DNA from: Prevotella sp.
GTDB taxonomy: Bacteria; Bacteroidota; Bacteroidia; Bacteroidales; Bacteroidaceae
Assembly: GCA_016291915.1 (NCBI GenBank)
Contig: JAEEZP010000009.1
Span: 1 to 53,826 of the forward strand
Direction: 5' to 3'
Length of the DNA: 53,826 nucleotides
Shown: one piece after another, positions 10,286 through 19,986 of the stretch
How positions within the stretch are numbered: the stretch's first letter is position 1
How the letters are laid out: every line of letters starts with the position of its first letter
Notes under the pieces: generated by a model
Databases searched by the model: none
Seen by the model: the letters and a program-made list of their open reading frames with translations, nothing else
Told to the model about the DNA's origin: nothing
Made by a program: the position numbers and the translations under genes

Positions 10286-12478
10286 ATGAAATACAGATTA
10301 TTAACCTTTATGTTTTGTGCCATAGCCATGTCGGTATCGGCACAACGTATCATCAAGCCGAAGGTGAAGACACCTTCCAGTTTTGCCATTTTCATCGACC
10401 AGAAGAGTTACGACAAGACTGAGGCTGCCGTTAACGAGTATAAAGCGAGCATCGAGGCCGACGGACTTGCCACCTATCTGCTTGTGGACGACTGGAAAAG
10501 TCCGGAGCCCATCAAGGAGCAGATCAAGCGTTTATACGCAGACAAGAAATCTCCTTTGGAGGGATGTGTCTTCATTGGAGATATCCCCATCCCGATGATC
10601 CGTGATGCACAGTACCTCACTTCCGCCTTCAAGATGAACCAGACACGCGACTGGAAAGAGTCGAGTGTGGCATCCGACCGTTTCTATGATGATTTCGATC
10701 TGACATTCGACTTCCTCAAGCAGGATGCCGATATCCCCCTGTATTTCTACTACAGTCTGCGCCCCGACTCTCACCATCAGTTATCTTCAGATATCTATTC
10801 CGCACGCATCAAACCCCTGGAGATAGAAGGTGAAGACAAGTACGTACTGCTAGAGAGATATCTAAGAAAGGTTGTTCGTGAGAAAAAAGAGAACAAGGGA
10901 AATACGCTCGACCATCTGAGCATGGGACGCGGACATCATTATAACTCACAAGACCGTGCAGCATGGGCAGGAGAACAAATGGCATTGCGTGAACAGATGC
11001 CCCAACTCTTCCGTCCCGGCAATACGGTGAAGTTCTTTGATTTCGATACGATGTTCCCCATGAAGCGTATCTACCTCAACGAAGTGCAGGATGAGTCGGT
11101 GGATGTGATGCTCTTCCATCATCACGGTGCTTCCGACAAACAGTATATCAACGGTTATCCGGAGGCTGCCAATGTGGATCAGAATATCGAGGCTGTCAAA
11201 GTTTATCTCCGTAGTAAGATACCTGCAAGGGCAAAGAAAATAGGTAAGGAGGAGGCTATTAAGGAATTTGCTGAGCGTTTCAACGTACCTGCGAACTGGT
11301 GCGAAGGTTCTTTTGATCCTGCCTTACAGGAGAAAGACTCTATCAACAACGAACTGATGGATATCCACACCTACGATATTCATCCGTTGCATCCCAATGC
11401 CCGTTTCATTCTCTTCGATGCCTGTTATAACGGATCCTTCTATGAGAAAGACTATCTCGCCGGTTCATATATCTTTGCAGATGGTAAGACCATTGCCACT
11501 ATCGGTGGTACAGTGAATGCCCTCCAAGACAAATGGCCCGATGAGTTTGTCGGCCTGCTGGCTGCCGGTATGCGTATCGGACAGTTCAATCGATACTCGG
11601 CTTATCTGGAGAGTCACCTTATCGGTGATCCCACCTTCCGTTTCAAAGACAATAGCCATATTGGTTTCGATATCAACAATGCAATCGTCCTCCATCGTGG
11701 TGATGTCTCTTTCTGGCGTGATAAACTCAATCATGCCCTACCCGATGTACAGGCAATGGCACTCCGACAGTTACATGAAGCAAACTATCAGGATATGCCA
11801 AAACTGTTGGAGGAGACCTATTTTAATAGTGACTTCTTCGTGGTACGTCTCGAGGCTTTACGTTTGCTGGCTCGCAACTACCCCGAGCAATCGATCCCTG
11901 TTCTCAAGGCTGCACTGAATGACAGTTATGAATTAGTGCGTCGTCTGGCATCAGAGATGGTAGAGCGTAATGCTTCACCCGAACTGATAGAGGATCTTGT
12001 TGCATCCGTATTGTTACGCGGCCATGAAGAACGTCTGCGTTTCCGTTATGAGCAAGGGCTCGGTTCTTTTGACACGGAGTCGTTGTTGAAAGAGATGGAT
12101 AAGCAACTGGTGGGTAAATATATCTATAGTGATACTATCGTTAAAAACTTCCGTAGGAATGTCAACCGTGAACAAACGCGTCTGAATGAGGACCTGACAG
12201 AACTGAATGATCGCTCGGCGAAAGATAAAGCGGTGATCTCTACCATCGGTGTTTATCGTAATCACCCCAAACCACAGATAGTAGAGACACTTCTGAAGAT
12301 TGCTGCTGATGAGAGTCGTTCACAGGAGGTACGTTTCAGTGCTGTACATACGCTGGGATGGTATGATACCAGCTATATCCGCGCAGATATCGTGAAACGT
12401 CTGCAGGCCATCAGTACGACGGAGCCCAAACTGAAGGATGAGATACAAAGAAGTATCAACCGGTTGAGTGGGAAGTAA
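10286..12478 (+). CDS. C25-like cysteine peptidase domain + HEAT-like repeats, paralog 3
   Basis: Signal peptide VSA-Q; VFIGDIP, SDRFYDD, FHHHG, LFDACYNG, LIGDPT; HEAT-like ALNDSYELVRRLA; starts 2 nt after paralog 2 stop. Confidence 0.75.
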   Translation: MKYRLLTFMFCAIAMSVSAQRIIKPKVKTPSSFAIFIDQKSYDKTEAAVNEYKASIEADGLATYLLVDDWKSPEPIKEQIKRLYADKKSPLEGCVFIGDIPIPMIRDAQYLTSAFKMNQTRDWKESSVASDRFYDDFDLTFDFLKQDADIPLYFYYSLRPDSHHQLSSDIYSARIKPLEIEGEDKYVLLERYLRKVVREKKENKGNTLDHLSMGRGHHYNSQDRAAWAGEQMALREQMPQLFRPGNTVKFFDFDTMFPMKRIYLNEVQDESVDVMLFHHHGASDKQYINGYPEAANVDQNIEAVKVYLRSKIPARAKKIGKEEAIKEFAERFNVPANWCEGSFDPALQEKDSINNELMDIHTYDIHPLHPNARFILFDACYNGSFYEKDYLAGSYIFADGKTIATIGGTVNALQDKWPDEFVGLLAAGMRIGQFNRYSAYLESHLIGDPTFRFKDNSHIGFDINNAIVLHRGDVSFWRDKLNHALPDVQAMALRQLHEANYQDMPKLLEETYFNSDFFVVRLEALRLLARNYPEQSIPVLKAALNDSYELVRRLASEMVERNASPELIEDLVASVLLRGHEERLRFRYEQGLGSFDTESLLKEMDKQLVGKYIYSDTIVKNFRRNVNREQTRLNEDLTELNDRSAKDKAVISTIGVYRNHPKPQIVETLLKIAADESRSQEVRFSAVHTLGWYDTSYIRADIVKRLQAISTTEPKLKDEIQRSINRLSGK

Positions 12479-12506
12479 AAACCATTCTTCCCAGGCCCAA
12501 AAAAGA

Positions 12507-12543
12507 TTAATTATTATTTATTATTTATTAATTATTAATTATA
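12507..12543. repeat. AT-only 7-mer tandem array (TTAATTA/TTATTTA x5)
   Basis: ttaatta ttattta ttattta ttaatta ttaatta directly upstream of a -7 box. Confidence 0.7.
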
Positions 12544-12548
12544 AGTGT

Positions 12549-12556
12549 TACCTTTG
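12549..12556 (+). promoter_or_regulatory. -7 promoter element
   Basis: TACCTTTG(CA) 17 nt before ATG 12574. Confidence 0.75.
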
Positions 12557-12573
12557 CAGGAAAAACGGATATT

Positions 12574-13083
12574 ATGGCTTTGATAAAAGAAGTAAACGGA
12601 CTGAAACCCCAATGGGGAAAGAACTGCTATTTCAGTGAGAATGCTACGATAGTGGGTGAGGTAACGATGGGCGATGAATGCTCGGTATGGTTCAATGCGG
12701 TAGTACGCGGTGATGTGGCTTATATCAAGATCGGCGACCGTACGAACGTGCAAGACGGTGCTTGTCTGCACACAACCTATAAGATCGGCCCACTGAATAT
12801 CGGCAGCGACGTGACCATCGGACATAACGCCACGATCCATGCCTGTACCATCCATGATCATGCTCTGATTGGAATGGGAGCAACACTGTTAGACAACTGT
12901 GAGATTGGTGAAGGTGCTATCGTTGCAGCCGGCGCACTGGTTGTCGGTGGCACAAAGGTTGGACCCAACGAGATCTGGGGTGGTGTTCCTGCCAAGTTCA
13001 TCAAGAAGACCCGTCCCGGCCAAACCGACAATGCTGCTCATTACGTTGCCTATATGGACTGGTATCGCGAACGCGAGGAGTAG
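12574..13083 (+). CDS. Gamma-class carbonic anhydrase family protein (hexapeptide repeat)
   Basis: WFNAVVRGD, NVQDGACLH, IGHNATIHAC metal-binding His residues; GGVPAK. Confidence 0.9.
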   Translation: MALIKEVNGLKPQWGKNCYFSENATIVGEVTMGDECSVWFNAVVRGDVAYIKIGDRTNVQDGACLHTTYKIGPLNIGSDVTIGHNATIHACTIHDHALIGMGATLLDNCEIGEGAIVAAGALVVGGTKVGPNEIWGGVPAKFIKKTRPGQTDNAAHYVAYMDWYREREE

Positions 13084-13146
13084 ATGGTTTAAAGTTTAAG
13101 GGGTTAGAGCTAAGAGTATAGAGTATAGGGTATAGAGTTAAGAGAA
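13084..13146 (+). repeat. Degenerate purine-rich 7-mer array right after a stop codon
   Basis: atggttt aaagttt aaggggt tagagct aagagta tagagta tagggta tagagtt aagagaa. Confidence 0.7.
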
Positions 13147-13243
13147 TCTTTCGGAGAAAAGACTACGAAGCAGCCTTTGTCGGGAAAACAGATTAATACT
13201 ACAACCTCTGAAAAGTCCGGGGAAGTTTTATTCAGAATAAGAT

Positions 13244-14494
13244 ATGGAGAAGAAGACAAACATCAGATGGGTGGTGGTAGCCCTGCTATTCTTTGCCACA
13301 ACCATTAATTACATCGACCGACAGGTGATCGGTTTGCTGAAACCGTATATTCAGGAAGATCTTCAATGGAGTGAAACAGACTACGGTTATATCGTCACCG
13401 CTTTCCAGATAGCATACGCTATCGGTATGCTCGCTTGCGGAAGGCTCTTGGATAAGGTAGGCAGTAAATTAGGGTACTCCATAGCAATCATCGTCTGGAG
13501 TATCGGTGCCACCCTTCACGCCGCCGTCAGGAGTGTCGCCGGCTTTGGCTTTGCACGTGCCGTGCTCGGTCTTGGTGAGGCAGGCAACTTCCCCGCAGCT
13601 GTCAAGACCATAGCGGAGTGGTTCCCGAAAAAAGACCGTGCTTATGCCACTGGTTTGTTCAATTCCGGTTCTACCATAGGAGCTATTATCGCACCTATCA
13701 TCGTGGTGGGCATCACCCTGCAATGGGGATGGCGCTGGGCATTCATCATCACTGGTCTTTTAGGTTTTGTTTGGGTCGTTGCCTGGTGGATTATCTACAA
13801 GACACCTCATGAGAATAAAAAGGTGAATGCTGCCGAACTGGCATATATCGAGCAGGATGAGGAAGAAGAGGAGGTGAAAAGCACCGTAACGTGGAAAGAA
13901 CTGTTTAAGTTCAAGCAAACCTATGCTATTGTCTTCTCCCGTTTTGTTACCGACTGGGTATGGTGGTTCTTCCTTTTCTGGACACCCGATTTCCTCAACA
14001 AGACACACGGTGTTGACCTGAAGGCAACAGTATTACCTTTGATCATCATCTATTTCATGTCAAGCATCGGAGGAATCTATGGAGGTGCGGTATCCTCCCG
14101 TTTCATCAAGGCTGGCAGGACTATCGACTTTGCCCGCAAGACCACCATCTTAATCTTTGCGTTGTTGGTATTGCCCCTCAATGCCGTACCTTATATCCAT
14201 AATATCTGGATTGTTGTACTGATCATCGGTTTGGCTACATCCACCCATCAGGCATGGGCTTCCAACATCTTCACCATCGTCTCAGATGTCTATCCGAAAC
14301 ATGTTGTTGCTTCGATGACCGGTATCAGCAGTGTGGGAGGAGCCATCGGTGGAGCACTTGCCTCTTCATTTGTAGGATTGATTCTTGAGTGGACAGGTAA
14401 TTACGCAACCATCTTTATGATTGCAAGTTGTATGTACTTGTTAGCATGGCTGACCCTGAAACTCTTCGTGCCGATCAAGCAGATTAAGGTTTAA
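13244..14494 (+). CDS. MFS transporter, ExuT/hexuronate (ACS family)-like
   Basis: RWVVVALLFFATTINYIDRQ; GRLLDKVGSK; LGLGEAGNFP; WFPKKDRA; multiple TM helices. Confidence 0.85.
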   Translation: MEKKTNIRWVVVALLFFATTINYIDRQVIGLLKPYIQEDLQWSETDYGYIVTAFQIAYAIGMLACGRLLDKVGSKLGYSIAIIVWSIGATLHAAVRSVAGFGFARAVLGLGEAGNFPAAVKTIAEWFPKKDRAYATGLFNSGSTIGAIIAPIIVVGITLQWGWRWAFIITGLLGFVWVVAWWIIYKTPHENKKVNAAELAYIEQDEEEEEVKSTVTWKELFKFKQTYAIVFSRFVTDWVWWFFLFWTPDFLNKTHGVDLKATVLPLIIIYFMSSIGGIYGGAVSSRFIKAGRTIDFARKTTILIFALLVLPLNAVPYIHNIWIVVLIIGLATSTHQAWASNIFTIVSDVYPKHVVASMTGISSVGGAIGGALASSFVGLILEWTGNYATIFMIASCMYLLAWLTLKLFVPIKQIKV

Positions 14495-14513
14495 GGTTTA
14501 AGGTTTAAAGTTT
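14484..14513 (+). repeat. 7-mer array TTAAGGT x3 + TTAAAGT overlapping the MFS stop
   Basis: Read directly; a further TTAAAGT at 14584-14590 after the palindromic insert. Confidence 0.85.
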
Positions 14514-14585
14514 ACGACTTCGTCGTGATTATCGGCTGCACCTCAGCAATAAGTAAACTTACTGCGTTCTGTTTGCACGATAATT
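14514..14585 (-). repeat. REP-like palindromic element (CGAAG-capped family)
   Basis: ACGACTTCGTCGT mini-hairpin; ATTATCG...CGATAAT arms; inner GCA-TAAGT...ACTTA-TGC stem. Confidence 0.65.
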
Positions 14586-14624
14586 AAAGTATATCGACCG
14601 TTTGTAAATCCGAATATGTCGGCT

Positions 14625-15893
14625 TTACAAACGGTTTACTGTTGCCAGGATCTTGTCAGTAGCACCAGCTTGATCTTTTACAAAAGCCCCGGCCTTACTA
14701 CTGCATTCTTTACGATAGTTCTCGTCGGTGATCAGACGATCCATCAATTGACAGAACTCCTCAGACGTTTGGAAATCAAAACCACCACCTGAAGCCTTTA
14801 ATCCTTGAGCCTCCTGGAACTTCTCATTGTTAGGTCCGAAGAGTACCGGCATATCCCAGACAGCAGCCTCCAACACATTATGGATACCCACTCCAAAGCC
14901 ACCACCCACATAGGCGATGTCTCCATAATTGTAAATACTGGAGAGTAACCCGAAGCAATCAATGATCAGCACCTGAGCCTCTGTTGCCTCCTCTGGAGTA
15001 GTCTGTGTATAGCGTACCACCTTTTTCCCATCAGTATTATGATAGGACGACTCAATCAGAGAGATGATCTGCTTGAGATGATCCTCACCAATCACGTGAG
15101 GGGCGATAATCACCTTCCATTGGGGATGCTCAGCAAGATAGGGGATGAAGATCTCCTCATCTGGTGGCCAACTGCTTCCTGCCACGAAGACTGCATGGTC
15201 TTCATTTGATACACCTTTGCCCTTCACAAAAGTTTCCACGATGGGCAACTGCTTGGCAGCTGCCTTAATCTGTAATACCCGGTCGAAACGTGTATCACCG
15301 GTCACCTCCACATCTGTAATGCCGATTCCAGCTAGCAGTTCTTTACTTACCTCGTTCTGAACGAAGAACTTTGTAAAACATTTCAGCACTCGCCCGTACT
15401 GACGGCCATACCATCTGAAGAAAATCTGTCCGGGACGGAAAATGGAACTGACACTATACGTTGGTACACCCCTGTGTTTGAGGATATGCAGGAAGTTATA
15501 CCAGAATTCGTATTTGATAAAGAATGCCATGCAGGGACGCACCAGTCGGAGGAACCGTCGTGCATTGGTTATCGTATCAATAGGTAGGTAACAGATAATA
15601 TCGGCTCCGGAATAGTTCTTCCGCACCTCATAGCCGGAGGGAGAGAAGAAAGTCAGCAGGATCTTATACTCCGGATGCTCCTTACGGAGTTGCTCCATGA
15701 TGGGACGTCCCTGCTCAAACTCACCCAACGAGGCAGCATGGAACCACACATACTGTGCATTGGCATCCACCTTTTCTTTCAGGATGGCGAATGCCTCACG
15801 CTCACCACGCCACATTTTCCTCACCTTTTCGTTGAAGAGACTGGCAATGGAGATGCCCAACTGCATCAAGTAAACGACGATATTATAGATCAT
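14625..15893 (-). CDS. waaA: 3-deoxy-D-manno-octulosonic acid (Kdo) transferase
   Basis: WFHAASLGE, TGDTRFD, VGGGF...HNVLEAA motifs. Confidence 0.93.
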   Translation of the reverse strand: MIYNIVVYLMQLGISIASLFNEKVRKMWRGEREAFAILKEKVDANAQYVWFHAASLGEFEQGRPIMEQLRKEHPEYKILLTFFSPSGYEVRKNYSGADIICYLPIDTITNARRFLRLVRPCMAFFIKYEFWYNFLHILKHRGVPTYSVSSIFRPGQIFFRWYGRQYGRVLKCFTKFFVQNEVSKELLAGIGITDVEVTGDTRFDRVLQIKAAAKQLPIVETFVKGKGVSNEDHAVFVAGSSWPPDEEIFIPYLAEHPQWKVIIAPHVIGEDHLKQIISLIESSYHNTDGKKVVRYTQTTPEEATEAQVLIIDCFGLLSSIYNYGDIAYVGGGFGVGIHNVLEAAVWDMPVLFGPNNEKFQEAQGLKASGGGFDFQTSEEFCQLMDRLITDENYRKECSSKAGAFVKDQAGATDKILATVNRL

Positions 15894-15923
15894 ACCTTCT
15901 GCCTTTACGATAGAAACTGTTGA

Positions 15924-17441
15924 TTATCCCAAAACGCTGATAGCTCTGCGCAGACGACTGAGTGTCTCTTTCTTTCCCAAGAAAGCAGAGATGTCGAACA
16001 TGCCGGGACCCTTGCCGATGCCGACCAATGCCAGACGGAAGGCATTCATCACATCACCCAGCTTATAACCCATAGCCTCAACCCAGGCAAAGACGATCTT
16101 CTCCTGATGTTCTACAGAGAAATCCTCGATACCCTCCAAGACAGTAGCCAACTGATCCATCACCACGGCGGAGTCTTCTTTCCAACGCTTACGTACGGTC
16201 TTCTCATCATATTCCGTGGGAGGAATGAAGAAGAACGAGCACAACGGCCACAGTTCTTTCACAAAACTGACACGGTCTTTCATCATGTGTACCACCTGCT
16301 GGATACGATCCATCGACTCCTCGACGCCATTACCGATAACAATAGGCGCGAACAACTCAGTAATCTCCTCATCGCTCTTCATCAGGATATACTCATGGTT
16401 GAACCATACAGCCTTCTGGAAATCGAACTTCGCACCAGCCTTCGAACACTTGGAGATATCAAACTGCTCTACCAGTTGGTCAAGTGAGAAGAGTTCCTGT
16501 TCTGTTCCGGGATTCCATCCTAACAACGCTAAGAAATTAACAACTGCCTCGGGGAAATATCCCTGCTCACGGAATCCGTTAGAGATTTCACCGCTCTTCG
16601 GGTCATGCCACTCCAACGGGAAAACGGGGAATCCCAGACGGTCACCATCACGCTTGCTTAACTTTCCTTTGCCATCGGGCTTCAGCAACAACGGCAGATG
16701 GGCAAAGGCAGGCATCGTATCCTCCCAGCCGAAGGCACGATAGAGCAATACATGCAGTGGAGCACTGGGCAACCACTCCTCACCACGGATAACATGACTT
16801 ACTTCCATCAGATGGTCATCCACGATGTTTGCAAGATGATAGGTAGGCAATTCATCAGCACTCTTATAGAGCACCTTATCGTCGAGGATATCACTCTTGA
16901 TAACCACCTCACCACGGATCATGTCATGCACATGCACATCCTCACCGGGTGTAACCATAAAACGCACCACATACTGCTGTCCTTCAGCAATCAGCGTATC
17001 CACCTCTTCCTTAGATAAGGTGAGTGAGTTACGCATCATCCCACGTGTATGGGCATCATATTGGAAGTTTTTAATTTCGTTGCGCTTAGCCTCCAACTCC
17101 TGTGGTGTGTCGAAAGCAAGATATGCTTTACCGTCGGCCAACAATTGGTCAACATACTTCTTATAGATATTACGGCGCTCACTCTGACGATAAGGCCCAT
17201 ACTGTCCTCCAAAGGAAACACCCTCGTCGAACTTAATGCCTAACCAGCGGAACGACTCGATGATATATTCTTCTGCTCCTGGCACAAATCGATTGGAGTC
17301 AGTATCCTCAATTCTGAAGATTAAGTCTCCCCCATGTTGCTTGGCAAACAGGTAGTTATACAAAGCCGTTCTTACGCCACCGATATGTAATGGTCCTGTT
17401 GGACTCGGTGCAAAACGCACCCTTACTCTTCTATCTTCCAT
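15924..17441 (-). CDS. gltX: Glutamate--tRNA ligase
   Basis: [14 protein letters not shown] (HIGH), RIEDTD, VIRGEEW, KLSKR (KMSKS). Confidence 0.97.
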   Translation of the reverse strand: MEDRRVRVRFAPSPTGPLHIGGVRTALYNYLFAKQHGGDLIFRIEDTDSNRFVPGAEEYIIESFRWLGIKFDEGVSFGGQYGPYRQSERRNIYKKYVDQLLADGKAYLAFDTPQELEAKRNEIKNFQYDAHTRGMMRNSLTLSKEEVDTLIAEGQQYVVRFMVTPGEDVHVHDMIRGEVVIKSDILDDKVLYKSADELPTYHLANIVDDHLMEVSHVIRGEEWLPSAPLHVLLYRAFGWEDTMPAFAHLPLLLKPDGKGKLSKRDGDRLGFPVFPLEWHDPKSGEISNGFREQGYFPEAVVNFLALLGWNPGTEQELFSLDQLVEQFDISKCSKAGAKFDFQKAVWFNHEYILMKSDEEITELFAPIVIGNGVEESMDRIQQVVHMMKDRVSFVKELWPLCSFFFIPPTEYDEKTVRKRWKEDSAVVMDQLATVLEGIEDFSVEHQEKIVFAWVEAMGYKLGDVMNAFRLALVGIGKGPGMFDISAFLGKKETLSRLRRAISVLG

Positions 17442-17466
17442 CTTTACGTTATTTCTATTTGGGGGA

Positions 17467-17474
17467 CAAAGGTA
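17467..17474 (-). promoter_or_regulatory. -7 promoter element of gltX-waaA
   Basis: CAAAGGTA = TACCTTTG on the - strand, 25 nt before the ATG. Confidence 0.7.
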
Positions 17475-17548
17475 CGAATAAGCGAGCGAAAAGCCAAATT
17501 TATTTGAACTTTTCCGAGCGTGAGTACTTTCAACGAAGTTAAAGGTAC
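17468..17548 (+). repeat. REP/MITE-like palindromic element flanked by AAAGGTAC direct repeats
   Basis: AAAGGTAC at 17468-75 and 17541-48; core AGCGAGCGAAAAG-CCAAAT...ATTTG-AACTTTTCCGAGCGTGAG; AACGAAGTT cap. Confidence 0.7.
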
Positions 17549-17655
17549 TATTAAATGATCGAAATACAAAAAGAAAACTATTTTTTCTTATTATTTCTGA
17601 ATGTAAGTGCTTTCAATACCTTCAAAAGCCATGTATCAAGAAATTTTCCTTCATT

Positions 17656-17689
17656 TTTGCTGATAATGATAAAAAAAATTGTATTTTCG
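17656..17689 (+). promoter_or_regulatory. Candidate -33/-7 promoter of the HD gene
   Basis: TTTG (17656-59) and TATTTTCG (17682-89, one mismatch). Confidence 0.45.
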
Positions 17690-17715
17690 CAGAATGAACC
17701 GTTAATAAAAGAATT

Positions 17716-19812
17716 ATGGCTAAAAACAAAACCACTAATACCGCCGAAAAAACTCCTGAAATAACTGCGGGCAAGACCAATGACAAATGGAACAAGCGAT
17801 TAGCCACCTGGATAGCCATGGTCATCATCACTGCAGCCATCATCGTATGGTTTCTGCCGAGAACCAGCGGACCGCAGTTCCGTTATGACGTGGGAAAACC
17901 ATGGATGTACAGTTCTATGATTGCCAAATTCGACTTCCCCATCTACAAGACCGACGAGGCTATACAGATGGAGAAAGACAGTATCCTTAACAGTTTTGAA
18001 CCCTATTACAACTATGATAATAAGATAGAAGAAGAGCAGCTGAACCGTTTTCACGAGAAATTCAAGGATGGTATCGAAGGACTGTCCTACGAATATGTGA
18101 ATATCATCGAGGACCGTCTGCACCGGCTTTACGAGGCTGGTATCATGAACACTCCTGAGTATTCGGAAATCTATAAAGACTCCACAAACATGATCAGGAT
18201 AGTAGAAGGCAAGGCGGCTACTAATGTACAGATCAACTGCATCTACTCCACTATCGGTGCATACGAGCAATTGTTCCTTGACGAGAAACTCGGACCCCAA
18301 CGACTGATTCTCCAGAAATGCAATCTCAACGAGTATATCGTACCAAACCTGATCTTTGACAAAGAGCGTAACGAGACAGAGAAAAACGACCTGCTGAGTA
18401 GTGTGGCCATCGCCAGCGGTATCGTGTTGAGTGGACAGAAGATTGTTGACCGCGGAGAGATTGTCGATGAGCACACCTACCGTGTGCTGAGCAGTTTTGA
18501 ACGAGAGATGAAACGTCGCAGTGCCTCTGCCAACGAGATTCCTTCTACGATAGCCGGTCAGAGTCTGTTCGTTATCATCCTCATCGTGCTCTTTACCCTC
18601 TACCTGTATCTGTACAGAAGGGAATACCTGAAGAACATGCGCAGTATCCTCATGCTCTATGTGATGATCACCATCTTCCCCGTTGTCGTTTCTCTGATGA
18701 TGGAGCACAGCATCCTGAGTGTTTACCTGTTGCCCTTTGCCATCGCTCCTATCTTCATCAGAATCTTCATGGATTCACGAACGGCCTTCATCTCCCATGT
18801 GTTGATGGTGCTCATCTGTGCTGCCGCCGTGAAATACCAATATGAGTTCATCATCATCCAGATCGTCGCAGGTATGGTAGCTATCTTCTCGCTCAACGAA
18901 CTCAGTCAGCGTGCACAACTGTTTAAAACGGCATTGCTCGTCACTCTGGCTAGTTGTGCTATGTATTTCGCCTTGCAGTTGATGCAAGATAACAGTATCC
19001 TGCAGATGGATCATAGCATGTACAAATATCTGGTAATCAACGGTGTGCTATTGCTCTTCGCCTACCCACTGATGTATATCGTGGAAAAGACCTTCGGTTT
19101 CACCTCTAATGTTACACTCATTGAGTTGTCTAACACAAGTAAGAACCTGATGCAAAAACTCAGTGAGACGGCACCAGGCACATTCCAGCATGCTATTATG
19201 GTAAGTAATCTGGCTGTGGCCATCGCCAATAAGATTGGTGCCAACGCACAGTTGGTACGTACCGGTGCCCTCTATCACGACATTGGAAAGATGGCAAATC
19301 CTGCCTACTTTACAGAGAATCAGGCAGGTGTTAACCCTCTGGAAGAGATGACACGTCAGGAAGCGGCAAAGATCGTTATCAGTCATGTAGCGGAAGGACT
19401 TAAATTGTGCGACAGCTATGACATCCCCAAAATCATTCAGGATTTCATCACGACGCATCACGGTAAGGGGAAGACCAAGTACTTCCTGATATCCTATAAG
19501 AACGAACATCCAGATGAAGAAGTGGATGAATCTTTGTTTACCTATCCCGGTCCAAACCCGTTTACACGTGAACAAGCCATCCTTATGATGGCCGACACCG
19601 TAGAGGCTGCCTCACGGTCATTACCGGAATATACGCCGGAGAGTATCAGCAACCTGGTCAATCGTTTGATTGACGGACAGGTAAATGAAGGGTACTTTAC
19701 CGACTGTCCCATCACCTTCCGCGATATCTCTGTGGCCAAACAAGTGTTGATCGATCGTCTGAAAGCGATCTATCACACTCGTATCAGTTATCCTGAGTTG
19801 AAGAAGAAATAA
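17716..19812 (+). CDS. 7TM-HD (HDIG) phosphohydrolase, PgpH-like
   Basis: N-terminal TM, extracytoplasmic domain, 7TM region, APGTFQH, ALYHDIGK, THHG, MMADTVEAASR. Confidence 0.88.
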   Translation: MAKNKTTNTAEKTPEITAGKTNDKWNKRLATWIAMVIITAAIIVWFLPRTSGPQFRYDVGKPWMYSSMIAKFDFPIYKTDEAIQMEKDSILNSFEPYYNYDNKIEEEQLNRFHEKFKDGIEGLSYEYVNIIEDRLHRLYEAGIMNTPEYSEIYKDSTNMIRIVEGKAATNVQINCIYSTIGAYEQLFLDEKLGPQRLILQKCNLNEYIVPNLIFDKERNETEKNDLLSSVAIASGIVLSGQKIVDRGEIVDEHTYRVLSSFEREMKRRSASANEIPSTIAGQSLFVIILIVLFTLYLYLYRREYLKNMRSILMLYVMITIFPVVVSLMMEHSILSVYLLPFAIAPIFIRIFMDSRTAFISHVLMVLICAAAVKYQYEFIIIQIVAGMVAIFSLNELSQRAQLFKTALLVTLASCAMYFALQLMQDNSILQMDHSMYKYLVINGVLLLFAYPLMYIVEKTFGFTSNVTLIELSNTSKNLMQKLSETAPGTFQHAIMVSNLAVAIANKIGANAQLVRTGALYHDIGKMANPAYFTENQAGVNPLEEMTRQEAAKIVISHVAEGLKLCDSYDIPKIIQDFITTHHGKGKTKYFLISYKNEHPDEEVDESLFTYPGPNPFTREQAILMMADTVEAASRSLPEYTPESISNLVNRLIDGQVNEGYFTDCPITFRDISVAKQVLIDRLKAIYHTRISYPELKKK

Positions 19813-19816
19813 CCAT

Positions 19817-19851
19817 CATGCACACTTGTCCTTTAAAGTGTGCATGTTTTG
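19817..19851 (+). terminator. Rho-independent terminator
   Basis: CATGCACACTT-8 nt-AAGTGTGCATG perfect 11 bp stem followed by TTTT. Confidence 0.8.
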
Positions 19852-19956
19852 TCTAAATATTGCACAAAAAGGCCGTTTTGTGTAATATTAAGTATCGTTT
19901 TAGTTAATCAACGTTAAATAACAAAGCAATTAAAAGGAAAATAAGACCATTGTAGA

Positions 19957-19964
19957 TAACTTTG
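19957..19964 (+). promoter_or_regulatory. -7 promoter element
   Basis: TAACTTTG(CA) 22 nt before ATG 19987. Confidence 0.75.
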
Positions 19965-19986
19965 CAAACACTTTTAAATTAAAATA

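Noticed and set aside
17800-18708. 302-aa antisense ORF and the many other 60-200 aa overlapping ORFs in the track
   Set aside because: They lie wholly within well-supported genes on the opposite strand or another frame and show no motifs; expected shadow ORFs
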